Assembly: GCA_000826855.1 (NCBI GenBank)
Contig: JTLS01000126.1
Location: forward strand, 1 to 36,595
Reading direction: 5' to 3'
Length of the DNA: 36,595 bases
DNA from: Basidioascus undulatus
Lineage: Eukaryota
Shown: in pieces, positions 24,239 through 36,595 of the stretch
How positions within the stretch are numbered: the stretch's first letter is position 1
Layout of the letters: each line of letters begins with the position of its first letter
The notes under the pieces: generated by a model
Databases searched by the model: none
Told to the model about the DNA's origin: nothing
What the model saw: the letters and a program-made list of their open reading frames with translations, nothing else
Position numbers and translations under genes: made by a program

Positions 24239-25209
24239 CTAAAGCTTGCTCGTCCCCGGGTGCTTCCTCCCATTCCGCGCATTGACCTCGGCGGGCACCA
24301 CAAGCGCGACCTGCCGAGCACTGGCAAGGCAGACGCTGTGGCCGTTTACGTCAGGGGCTGACCACACCACGCTGTCAAGCTCGTGCCGCCCCATGTCCAC
24401 CATCTGTCGCCCGGAAGTCGTTATCCCAAAGAGGTTGAAGTCCGGAGAGGAAGGCGTGGGGGAGGGGAGGTGGAAGATCGAAACGGAGAGGTGGAGGGTA
24501 GGGTACCAGGAGGGCTGGGAGACGATGGGCGGCCGGGAAGCGCGCGGGAGGATCTCAGGGAGGGAGAGACCGAAATCGGCAAGGAAAGCTGATAGACAAG
24601 AGAAGATGTCAGAGAGACCGCCGAAAGGAGGCAGGTAAACGTAAAGCCGACGCACGCATCATCTCGATCCCCCTTTCCGTGATCGTCTCAGGCGTCTCTT
24701 ATGGAAAAAGGAGAGGGGGTCGTGGACACCGGGTTCAAGGTTGAGAGTATAATTAAGGAGGTGATGAGAGCCGGCTGGGAAGGGTCGTAGCTCTCCTGCA
24801 TGCCGCACAGTCAGCCTTATGCGTCCGAGACGTCCACAAAAAGCCGGCTACAACCCATCGAACGCACCTCTTGGCCCTCCTGCCAGTTCTGCCTGAGCTC
24901 GGCCCGTATACTCACGAAGCCCTTCCCGCGCTTCTCCTCCCTGACCTCGATCCAGGTGCGCTTCCCCCCGCGCGTCGGACGAAGGTAGTGCGCGCTGACG
25001 TGCACGGGGTGCGGATGCCCAGGCGCGTGTGTCTGCGCCCAGGCGCGGGCAGCGGAGAGGAGCGTCCCCAGACTGTACCCTCCTTGAGGCACGTTGATGA
25101 TGCTCCACTCTGGATCGAGGACGAGGGAGTACAGAGAGGCGCTGGTGCATGATTGGGACGGAGGAAGCTCAATGGGAGTCAGACGTAGAGCATCGGAGAG
25201 AATACCCAT
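24239..25209 (-). pseudogene. Double-hotdog acyl-CoA thioesterase-like gene with PTS1 (-SKL), disrupted by an apparent internal deletion
   Basis: LDPEWSIINVPQGGYSLG, HPVHVSAHYLRP, FLAD, WYPTLHLSV, GRHELDSVVW, ARQVAL, C-terminal SKL*. Exon 2 hits TGA at 24690-24688 while the correct continuation (PETITERGIEMMP-FLAD) is in another frame. Confidence 0.75.
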
Positions 25210-25795
25210 GGCGACCGAGAGACGAGTGGGTTTTTGAGAAGTGAAGGTGTGGTAGGAGAGAAAGGTGAGGGGTACGGACAAGGCTGGGGAGCAAGAAGAC
25301 GCTGGCGAGGCACTCAGGAACCCGGCTCCGGCTTACCCGTGCCGGGGGCGCAGGCGATCGAAGGGCAGGCTTCTCTTTGGCGCTTCAAGCCCCTGTAGAG
25401 AGAACAGCAGCTATGTTTGCGAGTGAGAGTGAGGCAAAGTTTTCTTAATATTTCCCGTCAGTGGGATCTACTTAGGCGGAATCCGTGGGCGTGTTGCTCG
25501 ACAGGAGAACAGATAATGGAGGCTTGCAGTTCATCGTTGTATCGGAACAGTTCTCAGCTGCTCTTCAGGTTTACCCAACACGAAGCCCTCTTAAAACTAT
25601 TTGAATTACTGATGAATATACCTGCCGGTTATACTTTAGCAGAACCAACCATGAACCTGCAGATACGTCCTGAACAACACCCCGCGTTCCGTTGGTCCGC
25701 CACGCAGGACGACGCTCCCGCGCCGCCAATTTCCACACAAGACAACGAATTTGAACACCAAAGGAGCCCTGCTTCATCAAATAATTCAATACGTA

Positions 25796-27088
25796 TCACT
25801 CCTGCCGGACGTCAACCGGCGTGCCCTCCCGCATGCTCTTCCGGATAGCCTCCAACACCAGCATCGTCCTGAGCGACTGAAGCCCTGAGCAGTTGGGCGC
25901 AGCGCCCTCAATCACGTCCAATAAGTGTCGCAACTGTGCCGTGAAGGCCGGGACCTCCTCGATTGGTGGTGGCGGATCACGCGTAAGCGGCTCGAACTAC
26001 GACGGCCTGCCGCTGTAGTGCCAACGCGTAAGCTCGGGAAAAGAGAGGGCGACGCGGCTGCCGAGAATATGATAGATGTTCTCGCTCTGATTGATTAAGA
26101 ACTAAGGGCTCATATGGATTGAAATACTCGTGCAACAATGACATACGTGCTTCGGGATGTTGTACGGAGACGCAATCACACTGCAAAAGATCCGCTCACT
26201 CTTAGCGTGGTTTAAGTCTCTTTATATCCTCACGTGAGTCCACATACTCAGAGAAGACGAAAGTCCCCACCGCGCCGCTTGTAAAACGTAGCGTGGCAGC
26301 GCCAGTCTCCTCGGCGGCGAAACGGCGGCTCGAGATACCCTTGACGGCATAGACCTGGACGATATCGCCTACAAGATGTCGAAACAGGTCAATGTCGTGA
26401 ATGAGGTTCAAGAGTTAAGGAATCATATTGGCTTCAGCTTTTACAACACCACCACCACCACCACCGTGTACTCGATGCACGCACGACGGGACCACCGCTG
26501 TGCGGATCTCTGCGCCAGGCTGAAGGCTCCTCGAAGTACTCCGCAGGTTTGAGAAGTGACCAGATTCCGTTGATCGCAAGGACTTGAATGGCAAGAGAAT
26601 GTGTGAGGGCTGGGAGTTGTAGGACCTTGAGTGGAGGACTCACCTCAGAGGTCCCCCCTGTCAAGCATGCCCATCAAGGCGCTGACGTGAGGGTTGAAAT
26701 GCCGGTGATGTCCGACCAAGAGTTTTGCACCGGAATACCTCGACGCGGCGATGAGGTCCCTCCCACTCTCGACAGAAGTAGCGACCGGCTTTTCCACGAG
26801 AGCATGGATGCCGGCTTCGACGAGCTGCGAGCCGAGCGGGACATGCGTCGAGTACGGTGTAGCCACGATCGTCCCTGAAACTTGAATGCTTCCGTCGTTA
26901 CGAGCAGCGAGGAGATCCTCGAGGCTGGAGAAGAGGGGGACGCCAAGCTCCTTCGCAATGCCAGACCCGGCGGGACCTGGCTCGACGATTGCGGCGAGTG
27001 CTGCACGGGGCTCGGAAAGGACATGCTGGATGTGGCGCTTTCCAATTAGCCCTGCGCCGAGGACGGCTATGGGGATGGTTGTAGACAT
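25796..27088 (-). pseudogene. Gfo/Idh/MocA oxidoreductase (QutH-like) pseudogene
   Basis: IAVLGAGLIGKRH, LVEKPVA, LLVGHHRHFNP, GGPV-LLNLIHDIDL, AEETGAATLRF, PAFTAQLRHL. TGA at 26647-26645 (GDL*E, Gly expected), TAG at 25999-25997 (Trp expected), and the usual TGENP segment is missing. Confidence 0.85.
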
Positions 27089-30000
27089 GGCGGAAGTCTG
27101 GGGATGAAGTTGGAGAGAGTGTGGACCGAAACGCTTGTGGAGCACATTTCATCGTTCCACCTCGGAACTTGGACTGTCACACAGGCTCTCGATGTGGAGC
27201 GGACTTCATGTCAGATCTTGGTGCTCCGACGGCGTAGCAAACAACGGAAGTACAGCCTCAGACTTGATCAGATGCGTCGACACGAGACAAGCTGGCCCGT
27301 GAAGACCATGTTGGGTTTGATTAAGAATCAAAGTGACTGGGTCATCCAAATGTATTCAATGTGGGCCGGGTTCAGTCCCAAGATCCTGCTTCTCTTCGTG
27401 GCCTGTTGGACCTGGACGCCCAGGTTGCCCTGCCTCTCCCCTCTCCACAGATTCCTCTAAATGATGTCTGGCAAACTGTATAGGAAAAGTTCCACAGCCT
27501 GTTAGCATAATGTGGTAAGGCATGCAGAGTGGACACTTCCCATCTCGTCAATCAGCTTGACAACCGTGTCGTTCATTAGCAGGAAACGCCAAAGGAGGAA
27601 GTAGGTGATGATCCTGCAGGGAATGGTAGACCCAGATTTCAGATTTTATTACCCCTATACATCAGGTGAAGAATCGCTACCAAATGTTCTTACCCAAATC
27701 CAACCCAGACACTGACGACGACTTTCGTTGGCGTTGTGTTTTTCGCGTTCTCTTGAAATATGAAGCTGACGTAGCCAATAACTGTCTCAGTGGTTGGTTA
27801 CATGAGTGACTATCCGTATTTCAAAGTCAGAGCTGAACATGAGCGTACCGAAGAACAGGGTTGACCAGGATTGCCACGACACGGGAATGGACAGAAACAG
27901 GGGAAACAGTGTCGGATAGTCGTTTGCTTGCAGATTCAGACCCAGCCAGCAGGTTTGCGAGACTCGTGGACCTAGGGATACTCCGAGTGCACCTACCAAA
28001 TTTCTGCAGATCAAATGAACGCATCAGAAAGACCCACGGGCAACCACCACCTGGCCACCTGGCCATTGACTCTCACCTGCACGACACGGGCTGGCACAGG
28101 CTAATTGTGCGGCGTGAGCTTTAAGATCTTTAGCACTCATCTATGTGAATAGGGATACCTGCAATCGCCACACCAGCGCAGTACCGGTAATCAGACTAAA
28201 CAGCGCCGACACAACGGCAAGGGTGATCATGGGCATTGTCTTGTCGCTCAATTCTCCTGTCGCAAGCAGCGTCTTTTGGTGAATCATGAGTCAGTTCAGA
28301 CAAACGTCTCCTGAGCGGATGGATCCTTTCCGAGGAAGCCGCCGCCAACGGGCTCATCGTCTGAACGCAAAGCATGGCTCACTGCAACTTTGTTATGGGA
28401 AGAAACTTACGTTACCCGCTCTAATCCGAACAAAATCAAGGTCAGCTTGGTGCCTTTATCAACTCAGAACCCTCAACGAACGAAAGAATCAAGGTCGACA
28501 CCATGTTGAGCGAGCGGTACTCGTCCAGTCTGGTCAAAGATGTTCTCCCTTAGACTTTACAACCAGTGTAGGTGGAGAAGAGCTTCTCACTGGTCTTTCT
28601 TGAAATTTTCCCACAGCTCCTCTTGTTTCTTGGGGTGCTTGGCCATTTGCGGGCGCATGCACCTGCGGATATACTCTGGCTATGCCCCGCCACGCTTCTC
28701 AGCTCTCTAACATACATAACTGCTCGACTTGAAGAATTGCCGAGACGCACTGGGTACCCCAGTAACACTAATCTTGACCAAATCCTGTTCAACAACCCAC
28801 GGACACTCCTCTCAGCGTTGACTTCCACTCTACACGGCGTAAGAAGGGACGCACCAGTGGTGGATGTTCTGTTCACCGACCCACGGATGGCAAGATCAGT
28901 GCTTGACTTCGACTCTGAAAAAAAAAGCAGCAAGGGATGGTACTTTTAAGCTCAGAGGTTCCGCGACGGGGTGCCCATGCAGCTCGTATCGCTTCGGAGG
29001 GTCGCTTAGCAGGTACCTGAGCTCATTGTGCCGAGGATCAACCCCTTCATGAGGCTTGTAGTCGCTTATCCGCTCACTGAAAAAGCATAATCCACCGTAG
29101 CCATGTTCAGCATGCGCATGAATGCGTAGAGGGCTCGGCGCTCGATTAATGCCTCTGGTACCTGTTATAATACGCCGGCGGAGGGTCGTGAGGGAGATGG
29201 TGCTCTCCACGCTCAAGAGAGGACTGGACAGAACGCCGACGTGGCCCGCGTCGGAACATTGGTAAATTACGCAGCGTGCTGGGATTTGAGAACGTTGGAA
29301 CCAGGAGAACGGCCCCGGTCCCCACGACCACACCACGGTGATTGACTCAGACTCCGAAGAGGAGGTACGATTTAGCCCTCGTACTGCTTGGCAAGCACAC
29401 TGGAGAGCTACATCGAACCGACCATGCTTCAGGTCAGTTAAGTTCATGATGGAACAATGACACCATGCCATCTCACAGTCAACGGACACCGACGTTTAAT
29501 GAGAAGCGCGAACTATTCGTTACACCATAAAAGTGGGTGTTACCGATTCACCGCGGGACAAAGAGGCACCTACGAGGCGCGCGGAAGCGTCCGTTCTAAC
29601 ACTCGCCAAGAAACGCACACAGCGCTGGAAGATGGACTTGCGGAACCCAACCTCACCGTATCTTCAACAACAAACCGGTTTACCAGCTCACCGGCATTCA
29701 AATGCTCAAAAATACAGCTCTGCATAAACACTACGCTGTGAGTCTGCGTCGCACAGTGCTTTAAACGCCGACGGCTCCCAGCCAAGAAAGTCAGTGAGGG
29801 AGCACCGACCGGGTGCTCGGAGGGGCAGATCTCTTGGGCTTGCGGACTTCACATGTCTGGACGAGTAAACTAGTTAACTATACCAATTTCAGATTCTGTA
29901 GCTATGGCAGTGCATATGCGAGTGTCTGTCTTGGTCTGTCCCGCGCTTCGGTGCTGTGACAGGACCAACTTTTTCACTTCGTATGCAGCCATCTGGCGTA

Positions 30001-30374
30001 CGCATTCCATCTCTTCGACGGGACGTATTACCACACACACAAACATACACGTCTTGGTGCAACAAGCTGCAGACAATTACATTAGTTCTGGGAGTCGCGG
30101 ATTTCCGTGCGACGCAGTACGCAAATCGCCGATGTGAACACGGCAATACTGCGCCTCACTCACATAAACTCCCCTCTCCCGGACTCACCGGCCCGGTGTC
30201 ATGTTCGTCCTGAACCTTTCATCCTCAATTGGCCCTGTTCTGGCCGAAGGTGTCCGCCTCGTGATCCTGCTCTCCTGTTGATTCAAGCCGCGCTGCCGAA
30301 GTCCGGCATGACAGGAGGACCAGACTCACGTCCAGCAGCTGGCTTCGCATCGCTCTTCCGATGCATCCACTAAC

Positions 30375-32560
30375 ATGGCCGCGACCACAACACAGCTCGA
30401 CATTGAAGCCAGCTCTCGGCATACCGCCAGCCCGCTACCTGAGGAAGTGACCCTTGCGGCTGGACAACCGGGTTCGATTCCCCCGCCACCGCTACCAGAG
30501 TCGTCGCCTCAGGGCGAGAAGAGCCGTGAGCCGACTGAGGGGGAGGTAGAATATCCTGAGGGTGGAAGGACGGCATGGGCGACGGTGGCAGGGTGTGCGT
30601 GCATGGCATGGTGCACCATGGGGTTCGGGTGAGCACTTCCTGGAGTCCGTGCAGGTATGAGAGCCATCACTCATAACAGAGGAACAGGCAATCGTGGGGC
30701 GTCTTTCAGAGTTACTACAAAGAAAACACCTACATTGGTATCAGCGATGCGGTCGTAACTCTATTGGGATGTGAGCAAAAGACATACATCCCCTGCAGCA
30801 GTTCTAAACTGAAGCGCCCTTCCTCTCAGCGCTGCAGTCGGTTGGAATGACCTTTACCTCGGTGTGCTCGGTATCTCTCAATTTCAATCCGAACCGGGTA
30901 CTGACGGTGTCGACGGACAGTATTTCGCGGGGTCCTTGGCTGATCAATAGTAGGTCGAGGTGCAGCCCGCGAACAACTGGTACTGCAGCTGATGCCAGTT
31001 CTGTGCTTCGGATAGTGGATACAAGGTACTTGACTCAGCACTGAGATAAACTCAAATGTGAATTTACAAGTCGCATCTTTTCAGCCACTGCTCGTCATCG
31101 GCGGCCTCTTGAACGTTACCTCCCTCATCCTCGCAGCCTTTTCTACGAAGGCCTGGCAAACCGGTCTTACACAGGGCCTGCTTCAAGGCATTTCCTCTGG
31201 GCTCTGTACCCCGTAAGCCCACCTTGCCGACGTCCTGTTAGTTACCTTGCTCAAAATCGTAACAGTGCTTTTATGTCTTCTCCCTCCCAATGGTTCAAGA
31301 AGAGGCGGGGCACGGCGACGGGAATCGCCTTGGCGGGGAGCGGTATCGGAGGCGGGTAAGTCTCCCTCCTGAACTGATTATAGTACGCTGGCGTTGGGTT
31401 GTTTGTTGAGTTTAAACGCTAGGGTCAATGCTCTGGTAGCCGACGCGCTCCTGTCACGCATCGGCATACGTTACACCTTGCTCGTCTTCGCCGGCTTTCA
31501 AGCAATCCTCTGCCTGCTCGGCGTTCTCCTCATCACGACGCGCTTCCCATCGGTACGGCAGCTCGTGCGAGCGGGCAAGACTGTCGACCGCAGAAGGAGA
31601 ACGTTCTTCGACCTAGAATTGCTCAAGGACAGTACGTTCTGGAGCGTCTTCTCGGCGGTACTAGTCTCGGTGTTGTGAGTGACCTGCTTTCAAGGTCGAC
31701 AAATCAAGGCTGACTTGACTGGCCATAGCACGTACACTCTTCCATTTTTCTTTCTGCCGCAATACGCCCTTGAGCATGGCTCGACACCCTCCCGAGCAGC
31801 GCTGTTAAGCAGCATCCTCAACTTCGCCACTGGGGTGCGATGCCTTTCCTTGCCCTTTGGACACACTGTATTGAGCTGATCAAGCCCGTTCAGGTCGGCC
31901 GAGCCCTTGCAGGGATCTACTCCGATTGGTATCTCTCATCTGGCTGCTCTGACGACGTGCTGGCTTCTCACAACCTCACACTCGCAGGATGGGACCCCTC
32001 AACTCGTTCTTCCTCTCGATCTTCGTTGCCGGCCTTACCCAGCTCCTCGTCTGGACATTTGCGGAAAAATACGCTGTGACGATGCTTTTTGCTGTTCTCT
32101 AGTCAGTGCTTGGTTCTAACTTCTCGGCTTCTCTGCGATTCACTTACCCCTCCGCTCCAATTTGCAGCGGTCTTATCGGTCCCGTCTACATGTGCCTTAC
32201 CACAGTCGTCGCCGCCAGCTTGTTCGGTGTGAAGAGGCTGGCAACAGTGACGGGCATGCTGCTGTTTGCCAATGCGCCCGGTGCGGAACCTTTCTCATCC
32301 ACAAGAATCCCCTTTGCTTAATCGCTTCTTTTATATAAAGGAAATCTTGCTGGTAACCCGATAGGCGGACTGGTTCTCGAGAGCACCAACCGGAATTGGA
32401 AAGTACGTCGCGGTTCCCACCATTTCTTCGCATTTGTTGTTAATAGTTCTCCACTTCTCAGCTGGTCGCCATCTACGCTGGATCAATCCAAGCAGCCGGC
32501 GGCCTACTAGTTCTCTACGCTCGTTTCAAACGACAGCCGAAACTGTTCGCTGTCTTTTGA
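30375..32560 (+). CDS. MFS monocarboxylate-porter (MCT/Mch-like) transporter, multi-exon
   Basis: YPEGGRTAWATVAG, SWGVFQSYY, GSLADQY-GYK, QGLLQGISSG, SQWFKKRRGTATGIALAGSGIGG, GRALAGIYSD; ends YARFKRQPKLFAVF*; includes a 10-nt exon at 31016-31025. Confidence 0.9.
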
Positions 32561-32983
32561 AGCACAGCTATGCGGCTTTCTTTATTCTTCATTGGGGGTC
32601 AGTTGGCTCCTAGGCGTTGCGGTGGGATATTGCATGCATAATTTCTAGCGTGCCTTGGACGGCGACAAATTGGATGACTATGTCCGCTGGTGTGCCTAAC
32701 CTGTCACGCATCTCAGCCTGCGAAGAGACGATGCCGTAGTGCGGACGAGAACATGGGAGTTCAGGGCTTGATGCATGGTGCAGCAGCGAGGAGACATCCC
32801 CGATGTGCTCACGATAAATCGCACGCCCCTGAAATTGCTTGGCGCTCTGTCAAACGTGATGCGGCAGTGGGCCAATCGACTCACGACCTGTCGGCGACGC
32901 CTGAATCTTCCTCGCATGCAGTATTCAATGCTCATTGTATTCTCAAATCGTTCGAAACTACACTGTGACGGCGACCCCCACCT

Positions 32984-35900
32984 TTAGTCCGTGTATGCAC
33001 CTTGGCTTGCGTCCGCCTGTAGACCCAGAATGTTAAGCATCACAACCCCCGGCACGATGGTTCAGGTCGTCGAACTCACCACATCCCGAGCATAGCGGTA
33101 CAGCACACCGCGCGAGTGCTTGTACGGCCGCGGCTTCCAAGCGGTCTTGCGCTGCTGCAGCTCGTCATCCGAGATGTGCAGGTCGATGGTGTTTTCGACG
33201 GCATCCACCGTGACGCGGTCCCCGTCTTCCACTAGCGCGATCGGGCCTCTGATGATAGAAGACAAAGGTGAGTGAGAGCTTTGCGCTTGATGCAGCGTGC
33301 TCACGCACCCATTGAAAGCTTCCGGCACAACGTGGCCGATAACCAGCCCGTGAGATCTGCTTGCCCATCGCGATCAGTTGTGAGGGGTGTTACATTCAGC
33401 GTGCGACACGCACGCTCCGCTAAAACGTCCGTCTACGTGAAGAAGTCCCTTGATGTCAGAAAACACCTTAGCTTGATCTTGACCGAGGAAGCCTACCGGT
33501 AATCAAGCAGACGTCCTTTCCAAGACCCGCTCCAAGAATCGCTGCAGTCGGCCCAAGCATCCTGTATGCACGAAGCAGTCGATCAGGTCCTGTGTTGCAT
33601 GCAGTTCTGCGTGAGGATGACTCACTCAGGCATGCCCGGTGCGCCCTTCGGTCCTTGGTACCTGATGATCACGACCGTGCCCTTTTTGATGCGCTTCGCT
33701 TCGATCGCATCGAAGATAGCTTCTTCCTGGATGGGCAAGGCTATATATCAGCGCCAATGTTTACGAAAGAAGAGGCGTCCAGGGTACGGACGGTTTCAAA
33801 CACCATCGCAGTTCCCTCGAACTGCAAGCCCTCCTTGCCTGTGATCTTGGCGACAGCGCCTGTACAATCACGATTCAGCGATTGCGATGCACTCGGGACA
33901 AGGTCAAAAAAGAACTCACCGTCAGGGGCCAAGCTTCCGCGCAAGATACGCAAGTGGCCTTCAGGCTTGATAGGGTTGGAAAGAGGGCGGATAACGTCCT
34001 GCTTGTCAAAGTCGAGCTCCGGGATGCCGGCGAGGTTCTCGCGTAGAGTCTTGCCGGTAATTGTGAGCGCGTCTCCGTCGATGAGGTCCGTGTTGTCGAG
34101 CAGGTACTTGAGTACGGCAGGGATACCGCCGACCTGGTGAAGGTCCTCCATCCTACCCTCACTTGTTAACTCTTTTGCTGACAGAAGCTACAAGAAATAG
34201 GATACGACCACTTACATGTACTTGCCCGAAGGCTTCATGTTCGCCAAGAAACTATACGAGACGAAATCACATGAGCATCAGCGCCTGGCATGGCTTCATG
34301 GTATGTACGACGCACGGAGTCTTCGCCCCAATGTCCTTGAAGTCGTCCAGGGAAAGCTCGACGTTGGCAGCGCGAGCGACTAGAATTGAATCGCTGAGCA
34401 GTGAGGCTCTTTCGGTACATTTTTGGGGATATGTATGGATACGTACTAGCAAGAAGGTGAAGCACGGCGTTCGTAGATCCGCCCAGGACGTTACAGATGG
34501 CGATGGCATTGAGGAATGCGCGGCGCGTCATGATGTCGAGAGGCTACCACACTCCGTTAAGTTCTGCGAACACCACGGAAGAGGCGGTTATGAAAGCGCA
34601 CCTTGATATCTTTTTCAAGGCAGTTGCGGATAACTGGACCGATACGAAGACATTCCTGCTCCTTCTCGGCGGACTCTGCGGGCGTGCACGAGCTGTATGG
34701 AAGTGACATGCCCATGACTTCGATGATGGAGCTCACTGCAGGTCCGAGTTGGAAGATGAGCGGTATCCTTCACAGTTGTACTACGCAGTGTACGCACTAG
34801 TGTTCGCAGTGAAGAGACCGCCGCAGGCGCCCGATCCAGGGCAGGCGTTCTGTAGAACGGTTCAGCTTGTATTGGCATGCACACACAAACGATCAAAGAC
34901 ACAAAGCTTACCTCGTTGACATCGCGCCTCTCCTCATCCGTGATCTTGCCAGCCAAATAAGCGCCATACGCCTCGTAGGTGTCGGCTGCACTGGGCTATG
35001 AGCGAGAATTGAAAGTCGGGATTCAAGATAGGGCTTACCGATGTTGGCAACATCGCCTGCCTTGCGACCGAGGCCGGGACAGTCGATCTTATGGTGTCCA
35101 GCTTTGATGGCACCTCCGTAAACGATGACCTGTAGTAAAGCGAGCGAAAGACCGTCAGCGCTGGAGGGTGCAAGCTGGTAGAGGGAAAGACTTGCCGTAG
35201 GGCGGTTGTACCGCGCGGCAGCAATCAGGCATCCCGGCACTAACGGGAAATAGGTTAGTATGGACTCCCTCCAGAAAATCAAAACACTTCGTACTGTTCT
35301 TGTCGCAACCAGGAAGAAGCTGTTCGCCAGCTGTCAGTATTTGCAAAGCCGTACTAGACAGCAACCAACACGCACGACCGCTCCATCGTACTGCTGAGCC
35401 TCGATGATCTGCGGGTGCAGGAAGATCATACGTGGATTGCGAGTCGTACCCGAATTGAGAAAGTACGCACCAGCTGGAAAGAGTCCGCAATGAGATCGCG
35501 AGACGGCAGCGAATACGACATGCCGGATGTGCCTTGAGTCATCGCGTCCCTATTTTTCCCCTCGGAGAAGTGAGCTCGCAACAATAAGAGCGACGTTCCC
35601 AGAACACGTACGAGACGCCCACGCTCGAGCACTGGAAGCCGATCAACTTCTCCTTCTGCACGCTCTCCTTGCAAAGCTTGCCGAGAGCGTCCAGGTGGTT
35701 GTTGCTGCTCATCTGGAACTCAGCAAGGTCTCGTTGGTACGCACTGCGCCCCCACTTACCAGGGGTTTCCATCATAAGCTATAGCACCGATAGCGACCTG
35801 CGCTTTGCTCAGGTCCTCCTTCGACAAGCCGATTGCGTGCACTGGCGTTGGGGAGTTCCAGTTCAACTCATCGAGGGCGAGCGGGCTTGCACCGCGTGAA

Positions 35901-36114
35901 CTCGACGAGACGTACGGAAAGCCTGAGCACCACCATGGCTCTTGTCCTCGGTAATGCACGAGCTATACTTGTTGATTTTGACGGCGCCATTGCCGCTTGA
36001 GGCGGCACTGGGCTTCGAAATGGGGTGACTGAAGATCGACGCCAGTCAGCTCGTGAGACTGCCGACGGTGAGAGGAGGTGATTGAACTGACATGTCGACG
36101 GCGCCGGGAGCCAT
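32984..36114 (-). CDS. Dihydroxy-acid dehydratase (IlvD/ILV3 family, [2Fe-2S]), very intron-rich, probable paralog lacking a mitochondrial presequence
   Basis: [126 protein letters not shown]. All three Cys ligands are present after splicing. Confidence 0.93.
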
Positions 36115-36595
36115 GTTGGATTTGTTTTGAGTCAGTTGATGGAGAAGGATTCGCTGTGTGTGAGGCGGACGAGCAGAAGTAGAACGGTGAAGGAGGATAT
36201 GGCCGGCTCAGCGGGCCGACATCGCCACGCTCTCGAGCACACGTGAGGTCAATCCCGCCGGCAACCGGTCTGGGCAGTTGGACGCATGAGAAAGTCCGCA
36301 ATATTGTATGTGTTGAAAACAGCGACCCCTTCAAAGTGAACGAAATAATCAAGCTTGAGGCGTGGGGCCAACGGTTAAACACGGCAAGGGGTGTCGTCGT
36401 TCGCCGCGACGTGCTGGACGCGGGGGACCCGATCTGAAGGTCTGCGAATCAAAGAGACTTCCGACTCTTCGAACACCGTCGTGTACACACATCTCGTCAG
36501 TCGTTGGCGTTATTCCTTTCGAGTTCATCGGAACCTTCCGCAACGGGCTTGGTGGCAATAGTGGAAAGCCGACATCCCACTGGCAAGTGTCGCTC

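Noticed and set aside
15636..25999. Two TAG codons at expected Trp (TGG) positions (15638-15636 and 25999-25997), suggesting A-to-I stop-loss editing or TAG recoding
   Set aside because: The same genes also have frameshifts, deletions, a TGA and a dead acceptor that editing could not fix, and TAG terminates an intact gene here (3979-3981).
26447..26464. (CAC)n repeat giving a WWWWW stretch in the ORF track
   Set aside because: Simple microsatellite inside an intron of the QutH-like pseudogene.
1..36595. Prokaryotic systems (CRISPR arrays, operons, defence islands), tRNA and rRNA genes
   Set aside because: The sequence is spliceosomal-intron-rich eukaryotic DNA; no repeat-spacer array, cloverleaf or rRNA-like tract was seen.

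Overview
Eukaryotic, intron-rich fungal genomic DNA. The short GT-AG introns, GTRMGT donors and CTRAC branch sites suggest a basidiomycete, possibly a Pucciniomycotina yeast (inference). Apparently intact genes: a ZNF830/CCDC16-like protein lacking its zinc finger, the Obg-like ATPase OLA1/YchF, a stomatin (SPFH) protein, an MFS monocarboxylate-type transporter, and a dihydroxy-acid dehydratase (IlvD/ILV3 family) with no evident mitochondrial presequence. These sit among many broken genes: a sugar porter, two Gfo/Idh/MocA oxidoreductases and a PTS1-bearing thioesterase with stops, frameshifts or deletions, plus several orphan gene ends. The unusually long OLA1 intron holds a probable box C/D snoRNA whose guide matches the large-subunit rRNA site equivalent to yeast Cm2948 (snR69-like). 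Gene models were spliced by eye and family names come from recalled motifs; no database search was run.
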